Source of the DNA: Syntrophales bacterium
GTDB taxonomy: Bacteria > Desulfobacterota > Syntrophia > Syntrophales > UBA2210
Direction of reading: 5' to 3'
Assembly: GCA_963662405.2 (NCBI GenBank)
Contig: CAXXKT010000001.1
Span: 1,984,001-2,048,000 of the forward strand
DNA: 64,000 nt
Position numbers and translations under genes: made by a program. Under the pieces are notes generated by a model. That model made no database searches and was not told the DNA's origin. It was given only the letters and a program-made list of their open reading frames with translations. Below, piece by piece: positions 1 to 10,035 of the stretch (its first letter is position 1; each line of letters starts with the position of its first letter).

Positions 1-810
1 ATTGAGGTTTTCCAAGAGGGCCCCATGTCCTCCGGGTCTGAACATCAGCGTGCCGGCCTCATCGCGGAACGGCTTGCCCTCATCGTCGATCGCTATGGTC
101 CCGGTTGACGGTAACTGAATGGAAAGAGCAATGAGAAACCTGACATCATACTCGGTTTCATAGTCTCCTCTCACATCCGCAAGGTATGCTTCGACCTCCC
201 GCCGGTGTTCTTCCGAAACGGTGATATGCAACCGGCATCCGTGCCGGTCATCCTTAACGTACAGGGCGGCCTCGACCAGGTGCTCTTCGAGAGGGGTGCG
301 ACTGCTCCCCGGGTACGGGTGAAACTTGAGGAGTGCCTTGGGCAGATGCCCGTAGTCCAACCCCTTTGCCGTCAGGATATATTTCAGTATCTCCCGGGGA
401 TTCTCACGGTGAATGTCACGGCCGTCCCGGGACAGGGCGCGTGACAGCTCCTCGAAAAAGGCGAATTGAGGGAGCTGCTTTTGAAAGATCCGGGCATCTT
501 TTGTCGTACTAAACCCTTCCGTTTCATACCAGGTGAACCACCGCTCGAACATACGGCTGGCCGCCCCGGAGGCGGGAACAAACTTGATCATCCTTCCCTG
601 TGCCGCCGCCCGGTCGTGCTCGGATATCAACCTCTCCCGGTCGGAATCGGGGATGGCGACGATCCCGTCACCGATCGAACAGGCCCCGGCCAGCGTAAGA
701 GGGATCGTTTCCCCCTCCAGTGCCTCGAGTTGCGACGATATATCCCGTGCAGTCAATCCGATTTTCTTGATGGATTTCAGGTCATCTTCAGTAAAAAGCT
801 TTTCAGCCAT
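1..810 (-). CDS. DUF4301 family protein, partial (3' end runs off the window)
   Basis: Not in the ORF track. Manual translation from ATG at 810 gives MAEKLFTEDDLKS...KFVPASGAASRMFE...GLDYGHLPKALLKFH...FRPGGHGALLENLN, which are DUF4301 motifs; frame open to position 1. Confidence 0.85.
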   Translation of the reverse strand, partial: MAEKLFTEDDLKSIKKIGLTARDISSQLEALEGETIPLTLAGACSIGDGIVAIPDSDRERLISEHDRAAAQGRMIKFVPASGAASRMFERWFTWYETEGFSTTKDARIFQKQLPQFAFFEELSRALSRDGRDIHRENPREILKYILTAKGLDYGHLPKALLKFHPYPGSSRTPLEEHLVEAALYVKDDRHGCRLHITVSEEHRREVEAYLADVRGDYETEYDVRFLIALSIQLPSTGTIAIDDEGKPFRDEAGTLMFRPGGHGALLENLN

Positions 811-1036
811 CGGGCAATTCACCTTGTCTTGATTCGCTTGCTGTAATTATAACGGATGAACCAGCAAAAAACAAACAGAGCCGGCATTTCAGGTACTCTT
901 CGACGTAAAAGTATGGTAGGTGGTTCGATATGATCGATTCTGATCGAAAACGGTTTCTGAAAAAACATGCTACAAACGACGGATTCTGATTGCAGTCAAC
1001 AACCCGGAATAATTGCGCAGAGGGGGAGGGCCCTGT

Positions 1037-2152
1037 ATGGAGATATTACCTGATTTTTACGAGGCAGTATCTGAAACACAGACGTATGTGGAACGTCTGA
1101 AAAACACGGGTCAGAAGATCATCGGGTACCTGTGTTCCTACACCCCCGAAGAGATCATCCTTGCGGCGGGGGCTCATCCTTTGCGACTCTTCGGCACGAA
1201 GGGGACGATCTCCCTGGCCAACGCGCACCTGCAGTCCTACAGCTGTTCTCTCGCGCGGGGCGTGCTTGAAGACGCGCTCGCCGGGAGGCTGGCCTTTCTC
1301 GATGGCGCCGTCTTTCCCCACACCTGCGATACCATTCAGCGCCTCTCCGATATCTGGCGCCTCAATATCCGGTTTCCCTTCTTCGCAGATGTCGTCCTGC
1401 CCGTGAAGCTGGATACCGAGAGTGCCCGGGAATATATGGAGGATGTCCTCCGGAAGTTCAAACGCGACCTGGAAACGGGGTTGGGTGTGACGATAACCGA
1501 TGCGGCGCTGGGGGAGGCCGTCGATACCTACAACCGGATACGAGGCTGCCTCAAAACTATTTACGAACTGCGTTCCACCCATCCCGGTATCCTGACGGGA
1601 AGCGAGCTGTATGCCATCGTCAAGGGCTCGATGATTATGGACCGGCACTCCCTGGCCGAGAAACTCCCCTCGGTGATAGATGACCTCAAAGAAAAGATCC
1701 CTGCGGCGGATACCGGAAAGAAACGGATCATCCTGAGCGGCAGTATCTGTGACCAGCCGGATCTCTATGCCGTCTTCGAGAAGGCGGGGGGTGTCGTTGT
1801 CTGGGACGATCTGTGCACCGGTTCGCGCTGGTTTGACGGGGCTATCGAAGGCGGTGGCGACCCCATTGCGGCGATCGCGAAGCGATATAGCGGTCGGGCG
1901 CTCTGCCCCGCCAAACACCTCTCAAACACGATCCGGGGAGAGAGACTCTTGGAGCAGGCCCGAGAACATGGGGCCGACGGTGTTGTCTTTCTCCTGATGA
2001 AATTCTGCGATCCCCACGATTTCGATTATCCCTATCTGAAGGGATTTCTGGATCGAGAGGGGATCCCCAGCATGCTGCTGGAGATTGAGGATCAGCTTCC
2101 CTCAGAGGGGCAGCTCTTGACCAGATTTGAGACATTTATCCATATGCTGTAA
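1037..2152 (+). CDS. 2-hydroxyacyl-CoA dehydratase/benzoyl-CoA reductase family subunit (HgdB/BcrC-like)
   Basis: GYLCSYTPEEII, HTCD, DDLCTG and KFCDPH motifs; GGAGG before ATG 1037. Confidence 0.85.
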   Translation: MEILPDFYEAVSETQTYVERLKNTGQKIIGYLCSYTPEEIILAAGAHPLRLFGTKGTISLANAHLQSYSCSLARGVLEDALAGRLAFLDGAVFPHTCDTIQRLSDIWRLNIRFPFFADVVLPVKLDTESAREYMEDVLRKFKRDLETGLGVTITDAALGEAVDTYNRIRGCLKTIYELRSTHPGILTGSELYAIVKGSMIMDRHSLAEKLPSVIDDLKEKIPAADTGKKRIILSGSICDQPDLYAVFEKAGGVVVWDDLCTGSRWFDGAIEGGGDPIAAIAKRYSGRALCPAKHLSNTIRGERLLEQAREHGADGVVFLLMKFCDPHDFDYPYLKGFLDREGIPSMLLEIEDQLPSEGQLLTRFETFIHML

Positions 2153-2179
2153 CATGTGCTCGAGAAGAGGAGCGAAGAG

Positions 2180-3415
2180 ATGATGGATACCGATGCGGGG
2201 AAGAGCGAGAAGAAGATGCTGTCCGAAAAAAAGATGAAGGAAATCATGACCGGCTACTACATCGAGGCTAAAACGGCCGAGCAGGCGGGGAAGAAGGTCG
2301 CCTGGATCACCAGCGGAGGACCGGTGGAACCGCTGATAGCGATGGATATCATCCCTGTCTATCCGGAGAACTACGGGGCGATGATCGGGGCATCGAAGAT
2401 GGGGGCCGATCTGTGCGCGCGGGCCGAAGAGATGGGATACAGCGGAGACCTCTGTTCCTACGCGCGGGCCGATATCGCCTCTTCTTTGGTGGACGGCGGT
2501 CCCATCGGAGGACTGCCGAAGCCCGACATGCTGGTGTGCTGTAACAACATATGCGGGACGGTCCTCAAGTGGTACGAGGTGCAGGCCCGCCATTACGACG
2601 TCCCCCTCTTTATCCTTGATACCCCCTTCTGCCACACCGAATACAGCGACGAAGCAAAGAAATACGTTCGGAAACAGATACTCGAATATGTTGTCTTCCT
2701 CGAAGAGGCGACAAACCAGCGATTCGATTATGACCGGATGGCGGAGGTTGGAAAACTCTCCCTGGAAGGGCAGCGCCTGTGGCAGGCCGTTCTCGACACC
2801 GCCATGAACAGGCCGTCCCCGATGACCTGTTTCGACGCGTTCTTTCATCTTGCCCTCATCGTCACCCTGCGCGGGACCCAGGTGGCGGTGGATTACTACC
2901 GTATGCTCCTGAAAGAGATGGAGCAGCGTGTCGCCGATGGGGTCAGCGCAATTCCGAACGAGAAGTACCGGCTCTTGTGGGACAACCTGCCGATCTGGTA
3001 CCGGATGCGGTGGCTCTCCGAGCAGTTCGCGTCCCATGACGCCTGTCTCGTGGCGGACACGTACACCACCGCGTGGTGCATGAGCCTGAAGTATATGGAC
3101 GAGACCGATTTCCTCGATTCCATGGCCGAAGGATACACCAAGTCATATCTCAACATCGGGGTTGATGGGATGATCAAGATCATTCTCGAGATGGTGGACA
3201 AATATGACGTGGACGGTTTTGTCATGCACTCCAACCGGAGCTGCAAGCCTTACTCGCTCGGCCAGTACGATATCCAGCGGGCCGTTCAGCGGGAACGGGG
3301 GATTCCCTCCGTCACCATCGAATCCCACATGGTGGACGAACGATCCTTCTCCGAGAGCCAGACGGAGACACGGATCGATGCCTTCATGGAGATGATCAGT
3401 CAGAAAAAGGGATAA
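2180..3415 (+). CDS. 2-hydroxyacyl-CoA dehydratase/benzoyl-CoA reductase family subunit (HgdA/BcrB-like)
   Basis: YPENYGA, DLCSYAR, GGLPKPD, CNNICG, NRSCK and TRIDAFMEM motifs. Confidence 0.85.
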   Translation: MMDTDAGKSEKKMLSEKKMKEIMTGYYIEAKTAEQAGKKVAWITSGGPVEPLIAMDIIPVYPENYGAMIGASKMGADLCARAEEMGYSGDLCSYARADIASSLVDGGPIGGLPKPDMLVCCNNICGTVLKWYEVQARHYDVPLFILDTPFCHTEYSDEAKKYVRKQILEYVVFLEEATNQRFDYDRMAEVGKLSLEGQRLWQAVLDTAMNRPSPMTCFDAFFHLALIVTLRGTQVAVDYYRMLLKEMEQRVADGVSAIPNEKYRLLWDNLPIWYRMRWLSEQFASHDACLVADTYTTAWCMSLKYMDETDFLDSMAEGYTKSYLNIGVDGMIKIILEMVDKYDVDGFVMHSNRSCKPYSLGQYDIQRAVQRERGIPSVTIESHMVDERSFSESQTETRIDAFMEMISQKKG

Positions 3416-3441
3416 ACAGGAGACAGTGAGGAAAGCATTTT

Positions 3442-4209
3442 ATGATCACCGCAGGGATAGATATCGGATCCATAACCGCGAAGGCGGCGGTTCTGTCGGA
3501 CGGGAGGCTACTCGGGTCGAAGGTGGCCTTTACCGGATATAATGCGCGGCAGGCGGGGGAGAGCATATTTGAGTCCCTCCTCACCGATCTGGAGATGGAG
3601 GCCTCGTCGATCGAGCGGATCGTATCCACCGGTTACGGGCGAAACAGCGTGGCCTTTGCCGACAAGGCCGTAACGGAGATTATCTGTCACGGGGCCGGGG
3701 CGTACTACCTGAATCCCGCGGTCCGATCGATCATCGACGTGGGGGGGCAGGACAGCAAGGTCCTGGCGATCAACCCCGACGGAACGGTCAAGGATTTTTC
3801 GATGAACGACAAGTGCGCCGCCGGCACCGGCAGGTTTCTCGAGGTGATGGCGCGCGCCCTGGAGGCGGATCTTGACGATTTCGGGTCTCTTTCGCTCCGG
3901 TCTGATAATCCGTCGAAGATCAGCAGCATCTGCACGGTCTTCGCCGAATCAGAGGTGATCTCTCTCATCGCGAAAGGGGAAAACCGTGAGGATATCATCG
4001 CGGGGATCCATGAATCCGTTGCGTTGCGTATTTCATCAATGGCACGGAGAGTGGGGGTGAGGGAACCCGTGATGATGACGGGCGGTGTTGGCCGGAACAT
4101 CGGGGTGGTCAGGGCTCTGGAGCGGGCGCTCGATGTTCCCATCGAGGTCTCTGAATATGCCCAGGTCAACGGTGCCATCGGGGCGGCGGTCATAGCCACG
4201 AGGATTTGA
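3442..4209 (+). CDS. ATP-dependent acyl-CoA dehydratase activase (HgdC/BadFG family)
   Basis: GIDIGS, STGYGR, DVGGQDSK, MNDKCAAGTGRFLE and CTVFAESEVIS motifs. Confidence 0.92.
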   Translation: MITAGIDIGSITAKAAVLSDGRLLGSKVAFTGYNARQAGESIFESLLTDLEMEASSIERIVSTGYGRNSVAFADKAVTEIICHGAGAYYLNPAVRSIIDVGGQDSKVLAINPDGTVKDFSMNDKCAAGTGRFLEVMARALEADLDDFGSLSLRSDNPSKISSICTVFAESEVISLIAKGENREDIIAGIHESVALRISSMARRVGVREPVMMTGGVGRNIGVVRALERALDVPIEVSEYAQVNGAIGAAVIATRI

Positions 4210-4380
4210 CTGTTTCCCGTTTGGCGTCCCCACAGGTGGACTGCTCATGCTTGGTCGTTTTCCCCCTGAGAAAGAACAAACAAAATTCGGCTACGGGACG
4301 GAAATGGAACGTGATTCTTCGACCCGATCAGGAAGAAAAAAATACAGCAGCGGTGGAGAAGAAGGCCCTCGTCCTGAACG

Positions 4381-4644
4381 ACACAGGGGGAGACCTTGGC
4401 TTATTGATCAGGTCCATGCCTGCACTGTTTCATGACGACGAAGGATCGTATTCTGCATGGGCATTTCAAGCAACCGTGTCTGAATGCGGCTGAACAGGGT
4501 GTCCTCGAGGATACAATCTTTGACGGCGACAGGGAAACGGGGTCTTTGTTTGCCGGGTAGGAGATCGTCGGTATCCATCACATCCCAACCGTACAGGGAC
4601 TCGTCGAACGGATCATCGCAGAGACCGAGCAGGCAATAGATTAG
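4381..4644 (+). pseudogene. Decayed fragment of a nitronate monooxygenase/FabK-like gene
   Basis: One frame reads FMTTKDRILHGHFKQPCLNAAEQ...FDGDRETGSLFAG*EIVGIHHIPTVQGLVERIIAETEQAID*, resembling the family C-terminus with TAG in place of the AGQ glutamine. Confidence 0.6.
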
Positions 4645-4711
4645 TTTCGGAGAAAACGTATTGCGTCATGAGCCTGCGAAAGGTGCATGCGATATAAGGG
4701 AGGATATGACA

Positions 4712-5581
4712 ATGGAATGGCGAACGAAGATAACCGATTTATTCGGATGTAAGTATCCTGTTTTGCTCGGGGCCATGCATAAACTCGGGATATGGCAATT
4801 TGCTGCGGCCGTCGCCGAGGCAGGCGGTCACGGAACAATTACGGCGGCCATATCGGCGATGCCGGAACAACTGGAAAAGGATATCAGGAGTTGTAAAAAA
4901 TCCACAACAGGGAGCTTCGGGGTGAATCTGAGCGTCGGTATGTGCCCCAGAATAGATGAGATGCTTGAGGTGTGCATTTCAGAAAATGTGCCAATCGAGA
5001 CCTCATTGTATAAGCCGGATGACCTGGCGGCGCGCATTAAGGAATCCGGCCTGCCGTGGATTCACAAAGCGGCTCGGGTAAAAGATGCCGCCCATGCCCA
5101 GGAATTAGGTGTGGATGCAATAATAATAGTCGGATTAGAAGGAGGGGGTATAAAAAATCCCACACAACTTCCCACGCTGACAACCATTCGCCATGCTGTC
5201 AGATCTTTGTCGGTTCCTGTGATTGCTGCAGGGGGCATTGGTGATGGTCCAAGTTTTCTGGGGGCCTTGGCCCTTGGGGCCGAAGGGGTGATGTTGGGAA
5301 GCGCCTTTTTGATGACGAAAGAAAGCCCGATCACGCAGGAAGCCAGGGAAACCATGATCGCTCTGAATCTCGATGATCCGGAATTTCGCACCCGAGTGAT
5401 GACTCCAAGACTCTTTGACCCGAAAGCACCACACAAGACATCTACCGAGATCAACTGGGCCAAGGCCGCTTCGTTCGCCGCAGCCGGTATTCCCCGAATT
5501 TTCAGTGTAAAGGAACTGCTCGACCATATCACATCCGAAGCGGCGGCTGTGTTAAAGGAGCGGCGCTTTCAGATAGACTGA
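4712..5581 (+). CDS. Nitronate monooxygenase/FabK-family flavoprotein
   Basis: TKITDLFGCKYPVLLGAM, VGLEGGG and VIAAGGIGDG..ALALGAEGVMLGSAF motifs; GGAGG RBS. Confidence 0.85.
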   Translation: MEWRTKITDLFGCKYPVLLGAMHKLGIWQFAAAVAEAGGHGTITAAISAMPEQLEKDIRSCKKSTTGSFGVNLSVGMCPRIDEMLEVCISENVPIETSLYKPDDLAARIKESGLPWIHKAARVKDAAHAQELGVDAIIIVGLEGGGIKNPTQLPTLTTIRHAVRSLSVPVIAAGGIGDGPSFLGALALGAEGVMLGSAFLMTKESPITQEARETMIALNLDDPEFRTRVMTPRLFDPKAPHKTSTEINWAKAASFAAAGIPRIFSVKELLDHITSEAAAVLKERRFQID

Positions 5582-6219
5582 TACTCATATGATCTGGTCT
5601 ACGACATCCTTCGGCGGTTTGCTCAGGGGTGTCCGCGGTATCAAAAGAGAAACACCGCGTGATGCGCTCTATGGGGGACCGTCTTGGCCGGTCACTCGAA
5701 TGGTGGCCCGAAGGACCGTCCGTCCTCCCACCGTGTCGCTGTCGCAACAGCGGCGGGAGAGCCTCCGGGTTGGTCTCATGGGGAATGCAAAAGTACAGGA
5801 TATCTATATTGTGGTTTATACCTATATTCCTGCCTGGGTGCTCAATCAGACCGTTAGGGGTGCCGGCGAGTATCCCTGTCTACCGTGGCTGATTTCCGGA
5901 GGAGATATATCGGAAGATCCTGTGGCGGATGATCTGTCTACTATTTTTTTCGAGGGTCTTATGATGAAACAAGGTAGAGAGAGACCTGGCCGCCCTTCAA
6001 CGCCGTGAAACGCTGGTTCCGCGAAACCGGTGCCGTAAATACCGCAACGGGTCTCGGTTTTTTCACTGAACGGCGTTTAGCGTTAAAAAAGTCTATTTCC
6101 CATATCTTAAAGCCTTCTCTTGATTGACCTTCAGTCACAAATCTGGTAGAAAGACCTTTCCTGATAGAGGTATGTCCTTTTTTTCACTCTATTCCCGGGG
6201 GGTAATAAAATATTCACGC

Positions 6220-7494
6220 ATGATGGAGCACACGGCTTCCAGATCACCCAACCAGAGCGATCCGCTCAGGATATGTCTCTTGACCTACCGGGGCAATCCC
6301 ACGTGCGGGGGGCAGGGGGTATACATCAAGTATCTCAGCAGGGCGTTGGCGGAGTTGGGACATACCGTTGACGTCGTGTCGGGCCCTCCCTATCCGGAGC
6401 TGACCGATGGGATCGGACTTCACAAACTGCCGAATCTCGATCTGTACAATCCCGAACACCTCTTCAGACCGGCGAGCTACAGTGGTCTCTTGCGGTCGCC
6501 GATCAATCAAATAGAGCTCCTCGGGGTTTCGCTGGGGGGATTCCCTGAGCCCCTGACCTTCGGATTAAGAACCTATCATCACTTCAGGAGAAAGAGGCCG
6601 CGCTACGATATCGTACACGACAATCAGTGCCTCTCGTACGGACTCCTGGGTCTCCCCGGTCTCGGATTTCCCACCGTGGCAACCATCCACCATCCGATCA
6701 CCGTTGACCGTGATGTGGAGATCAAATCTTCCCCCTCTCTCTTTCAGAAATTCAAGACATGGCGATGGTATTCCTTTCTCGGTATGCAGAAGCGCGTCTC
6801 GCGCCGTCTCTCCCATATCATCACCGTCTCGGAATGTTCGAAGAAGGATATCAGCAGGGACTTCCGGACATCGAGCCACCGGTTCCGGGTCGTCCCGAAC
6901 GGGATCAATACCGACTTCTTCTATCCCCTCCCGGATGTGGGGCGGAGTGATAACCAGATCCTGGTCACCAACAGCGCCGACACCCCCCTCAAGGGGCTCA
7001 GATATCTTCTCGAGGCCGTGGCATCGATAAAAAAGAAGCGGAAGATCGGTCTCACCGTTGTCGGGACCCCGAAGAAGAAAGGGGTGATCGAAGGCCTTGT
7101 GAGGACCCTTGGAATCGGCGACTGTGTCCGGTTCACGGGGCGTATCGCATACGAGGAATTTGCCTCCTACTATGCCCGTGCCACGATGGCCGTGATCCCC
7201 TCCCTGTACGAGGGGTTCGGGATGCCGGCCGGTGAGGCCATGGCCTGCGGCGTGCCGGTGATCAGCACCGTGGGGGGAGCCCTGCCCGAGGTGGTGGGCG
7301 ACGCGGGGATCCTGGTGCCGACCGCCGACAGCGGGGCGCTGGAAGGGGCAATCGTATCGCTCCTGGATAATCCGGACCTGCGGGGCCGGCTGGGGGAGGC
7401 GGGAATCAGACGGGTACAGGATTCATTTACGTGGCGGCACGCGGCACAGAGGACCGTCGACGTATACCGGGAAGCCATTCATGCTCACTGCTGA
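6220..7494 (+). CDS. Glycosyltransferase family 4
   Basis: YRGNPTCGGQGVY N-terminus; PSLYEGFGMPAGEAMACG GT-B motif. Confidence 0.9.
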   Translation: MMEHTASRSPNQSDPLRICLLTYRGNPTCGGQGVYIKYLSRALAELGHTVDVVSGPPYPELTDGIGLHKLPNLDLYNPEHLFRPASYSGLLRSPINQIELLGVSLGGFPEPLTFGLRTYHHFRRKRPRYDIVHDNQCLSYGLLGLPGLGFPTVATIHHPITVDRDVEIKSSPSLFQKFKTWRWYSFLGMQKRVSRRLSHIITVSECSKKDISRDFRTSSHRFRVVPNGINTDFFYPLPDVGRSDNQILVTNSADTPLKGLRYLLEAVASIKKKRKIGLTVVGTPKKKGVIEGLVRTLGIGDCVRFTGRIAYEEFASYYARATMAVIPSLYEGFGMPAGEAMACGVPVISTVGGALPEVVGDAGILVPTADSGALEGAIVSLLDNPDLRGRLGEAGIRRVQDSFTWRHAAQRTVDVYREAIHAHC

Positions 7495-8182
7495 TTTTGA
7501 CCTGCTAGGGATACGGCCGGGAGACCGGGTCCTCGACGCCGGATGCGGTACCGGACGCCACGCCTGCGAGATATTCCGGACCAGAGGGGCGGACGTCGTC
7601 GGTGTGGATCTGAACTGGAATGATCTGCAAAAGACGGCCTTCCTCCTGGATAATATGGAAGACGGGCATGATCGTTCGTGGTTGGTGTCGCAGGCCGATG
7701 CCACCCGGCTACCCTTCAGGGACGAGACCTTTGACGTGGTGATCTGCTCGGAGGTCCTGGAGCATATCCCCGCGAACCGGACCGCCATAGCGGAGCTGGT
7801 GAGGGTCCTGAAACCGGGAAAGAATATGGCCGTCAGCGTCCCGCGATTCTTCCCGGAACGCATCTGCTGGGCGCTCTCGTCGGCCTATCACAACGAACCG
7901 GGGGGGCATATACGGATTTACACGAAGAAAGGGCTGATTTCACTGCTGGAGGAGGCGGGGACCCGCTGCTGGCGGATTCGCTACAAACACGCCCTGCATG
8001 CCCCGTACTGGTGGCTGAAGTGCCTCGTCGGCCACCAGAACGAAGAATCCCGGTGGGTCAATCTCTACAAGAAGTTCCTTGAGTGGGACATTATGAAACA
8101 TCCTCCCCTGACCAGGGGACTGGATCGGATCTTGAACCCACTGATAGCCAAGAGCGTGGTCTTATACCTCAGAAAAGGATGA
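7481..8182 (+). CDS. Class I SAM-dependent methyltransferase
   Basis: VLDAGCGTGRH, DATRLPF, SEVLEH and RVLKPG motifs; overlaps the GT stop. Confidence 0.9.
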   Translation: MLTADFDLLGIRPGDRVLDAGCGTGRHACEIFRTRGADVVGVDLNWNDLQKTAFLLDNMEDGHDRSWLVSQADATRLPFRDETFDVVICSEVLEHIPANRTAIAELVRVLKPGKNMAVSVPRFFPERICWALSSAYHNEPGGHIRIYTKKGLISLLEEAGTRCWRIRYKHALHAPYWWLKCLVGHQNEESRWVNLYKKFLEWDIMKHPPLTRGLDRILNPLIAKSVVLYLRKG

Positions 8183-8187
8183 CGGAT

Positions 8188-9291
8188 ATGGAGCTGAATC
8201 TTTCAAGGAACATCGTGGGGCAGTTTGTCAACTGCGACCAAATGGGGGTGTTCATCTGCGGCCTGCAGAGGGAGAGCGGAGAGATCCCGGGATCGAAAGA
8301 GGGGCAAACGGACCCATGGGATCATATCGAAAGCGCCATGGGACTCGCCGTTGCCGGATATGTCGATGAGGCCCGGCGCGCCTACGGGTGGATGAGGGAG
8401 GCGCAGCTCGATGACGGGAGCTGGTGGGCGGCCTACCGTGACGGTGTCCCGGAGGACCGGAGAAGGGACGCCAACTTCTCTGCCTATATCGCCGTGGGTC
8501 TCTTTCATTATTATCTGATAACGAAGGATCTTGTCTTTGTGCGGGAGATGTGGCCCACCGTCAGCGCCGGTATCGATTTTGCGCTCAGCCTCCAGGCCCC
8601 GACGGGCGAGATCTACTGGTCCATCGATCCCGACGGCGTCGTGGACCGGATGGCACTCCTCACCGGTTCCAGTTCCATCTATATGAGCATCAAGTGTGCC
8701 CTGGTTATCGCCCTGCTGGCGGGTGAAGACCGCCCCCAATGGAGGGTCGCCCTCGAAAAGCTGGGGAATGCCATCCGCACACTCCCCAATCGCTTCAACA
8801 TGATCAAGTCGCGCTACTCTATGGACTGGTACTACCCTATCCTGTGTGGTGCCGTTGCGGGAGCCGAAGCCGACAAACGGATCGACAAATCCTGGGACAA
8901 GTTCGTCGAGCCCGGCTGGGGGGTCCGGTGCGTCTCGGATCGCCCTTGGGCGACGATGGCGGAGACATCCGAACTGGTCATGGCCCTCATGGCCATTGAT
9001 CGGGTCGAGGAGGCGCGGGTCGTCTTCAGGTCCCTGGAGGGAAAATGCTATGACGACGGTTCGTACTGGATGGGCGTGACCTTCCCCGACAAGGTCATAT
9101 GGCCCGAGGAACGGACCTCATGGACAACGGCCGCCGTCCTCCTTGCCTATGACGCCCTTAACAGCCTGACCCCCGCGAGTTGTCTCTTCAGTCACCATTT
9201 CTGGTGGAGCTGCGGGGTCGGTCGTGCCCGTGGACGTCACCTGTGGCTGGATCAACAGGCCACGGAACAGATCGGGGGAGAGGTCCTGTGA
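8188..9291 (+). CDS. Prenyltransferase/squalene-oxidase-repeat or six-hairpin glycosidase-like (alpha/alpha)6 protein
   Basis: DPWDHIESAMGL, QLDDGSW, YSMDWYYP, WATMAETSE and DDGSYW motifs. Confidence 0.7.
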   Translation: MELNLSRNIVGQFVNCDQMGVFICGLQRESGEIPGSKEGQTDPWDHIESAMGLAVAGYVDEARRAYGWMREAQLDDGSWWAAYRDGVPEDRRRDANFSAYIAVGLFHYYLITKDLVFVREMWPTVSAGIDFALSLQAPTGEIYWSIDPDGVVDRMALLTGSSSIYMSIKCALVIALLAGEDRPQWRVALEKLGNAIRTLPNRFNMIKSRYSMDWYYPILCGAVAGAEADKRIDKSWDKFVEPGWGVRCVSDRPWATMAETSELVMALMAIDRVEEARVVFRSLEGKCYDDGSYWMGVTFPDKVIWPEERTSWTTAAVLLAYDALNSLTPASCLFSHHFWWSCGVGRARGRHLWLDQQATEQIGGEVL

Positions 9292-10010
9292 GGAGAGACC
9301 ACCGACCTTATCTTCTCAAGCAGTGGGACATCAGATTTCAGAGATGGTACACGAAGCGGTTCCTGCGTCCTCAGTTCGAGCACCTGGGTGAACGTCACAC
9401 CTTCATGAAACCGTGGTACGTCGAGTTATTCGGCGGACCGGTCTTCTTGGGGAGATGCGCCCACGTCATTGCCGCCCCGGACAAGAGAGTGCGGTTGACT
9501 GTCTGGACAATTCCCGATGAAGCGGGAGCCATACGGATCGGTGATTACTGCCTCATCTGTCCCGGCGTCCGGATCAGCGCGGCCAGCGAGATCACCATCG
9601 GCGACAGCTGCATGATGGCACAGGGGGTCTTGATCACCGATGCGGACTGGCACGGGGTGTACGACCGGAGCCAGTCGGTAGGGCAGGCGGCTCCCGTCAG
9701 GATCGGTAACAACGTCTGGATCGGCGACAGCGCGATCGTCGGGAAAGGGGTGACGATCGGTGACAACAGCATCGTCGGCGCGGGCGCCGTCGTCACGAAG
9801 GATATCCCCTCCGATGTGATCGCCGCCGGCAACCCGGCGGCCGTCGTCAAGAAACTCGACAAACGGCGGCGCATGACGACACGCGCCGACTGGTTTGCCG
9901 ATCCCGATGACCTAGCGAGACGGTTTCAGGAGATCGACTGGGAACGCATGGGGGGAAACACGACCGTGGGGTGGCTCCGATCCCTTGTCTTCCCGAAGAA
10001 GGGAGACTAA
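9288..10010 (+). CDS. Hexapeptide-repeat (LbH) acyltransferase
   Basis: VRIGNNVWIG, GVTIGDNSIVGAGAVVTKD and AAGNPA motifs; GTGA overlap with the upstream gene. Confidence 0.88.
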   Translation: MRRDHRPYLLKQWDIRFQRWYTKRFLRPQFEHLGERHTFMKPWYVELFGGPVFLGRCAHVIAAPDKRVRLTVWTIPDEAGAIRIGDYCLICPGVRISAASEITIGDSCMMAQGVLITDADWHGVYDRSQSVGQAAPVRIGNNVWIGDSAIVGKGVTIGDNSIVGAGAVVTKDIPSDVIAAGNPAAVVKKLDKRRRMTTRADWFADPDDLARRFQEIDWERMGGNTTVGWLRSLVFPKKGD

Positions 10011-10035
10011 AAAACAGCGCCCATTTTGACAGTAG

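Noticed and set aside
1037..4209. Class I benzoyl-CoA reductase call
   Set aside because: Only one activase gene and no dienoyl-CoA pathway genes; cannot be separated from 2-hydroxyacyl-CoA dehydratases by eye.
4558..4560. In-frame TAG as possible pyrrolysine or readthrough codon
   Set aside because: It lies in a fragment with other lesions and is a single C-to-T change from the expected CAG.
5589..6008. 139-aa ORF after the NMO gene
   Set aside because: No RBS, motif or typical composition; not supportable as a gene.
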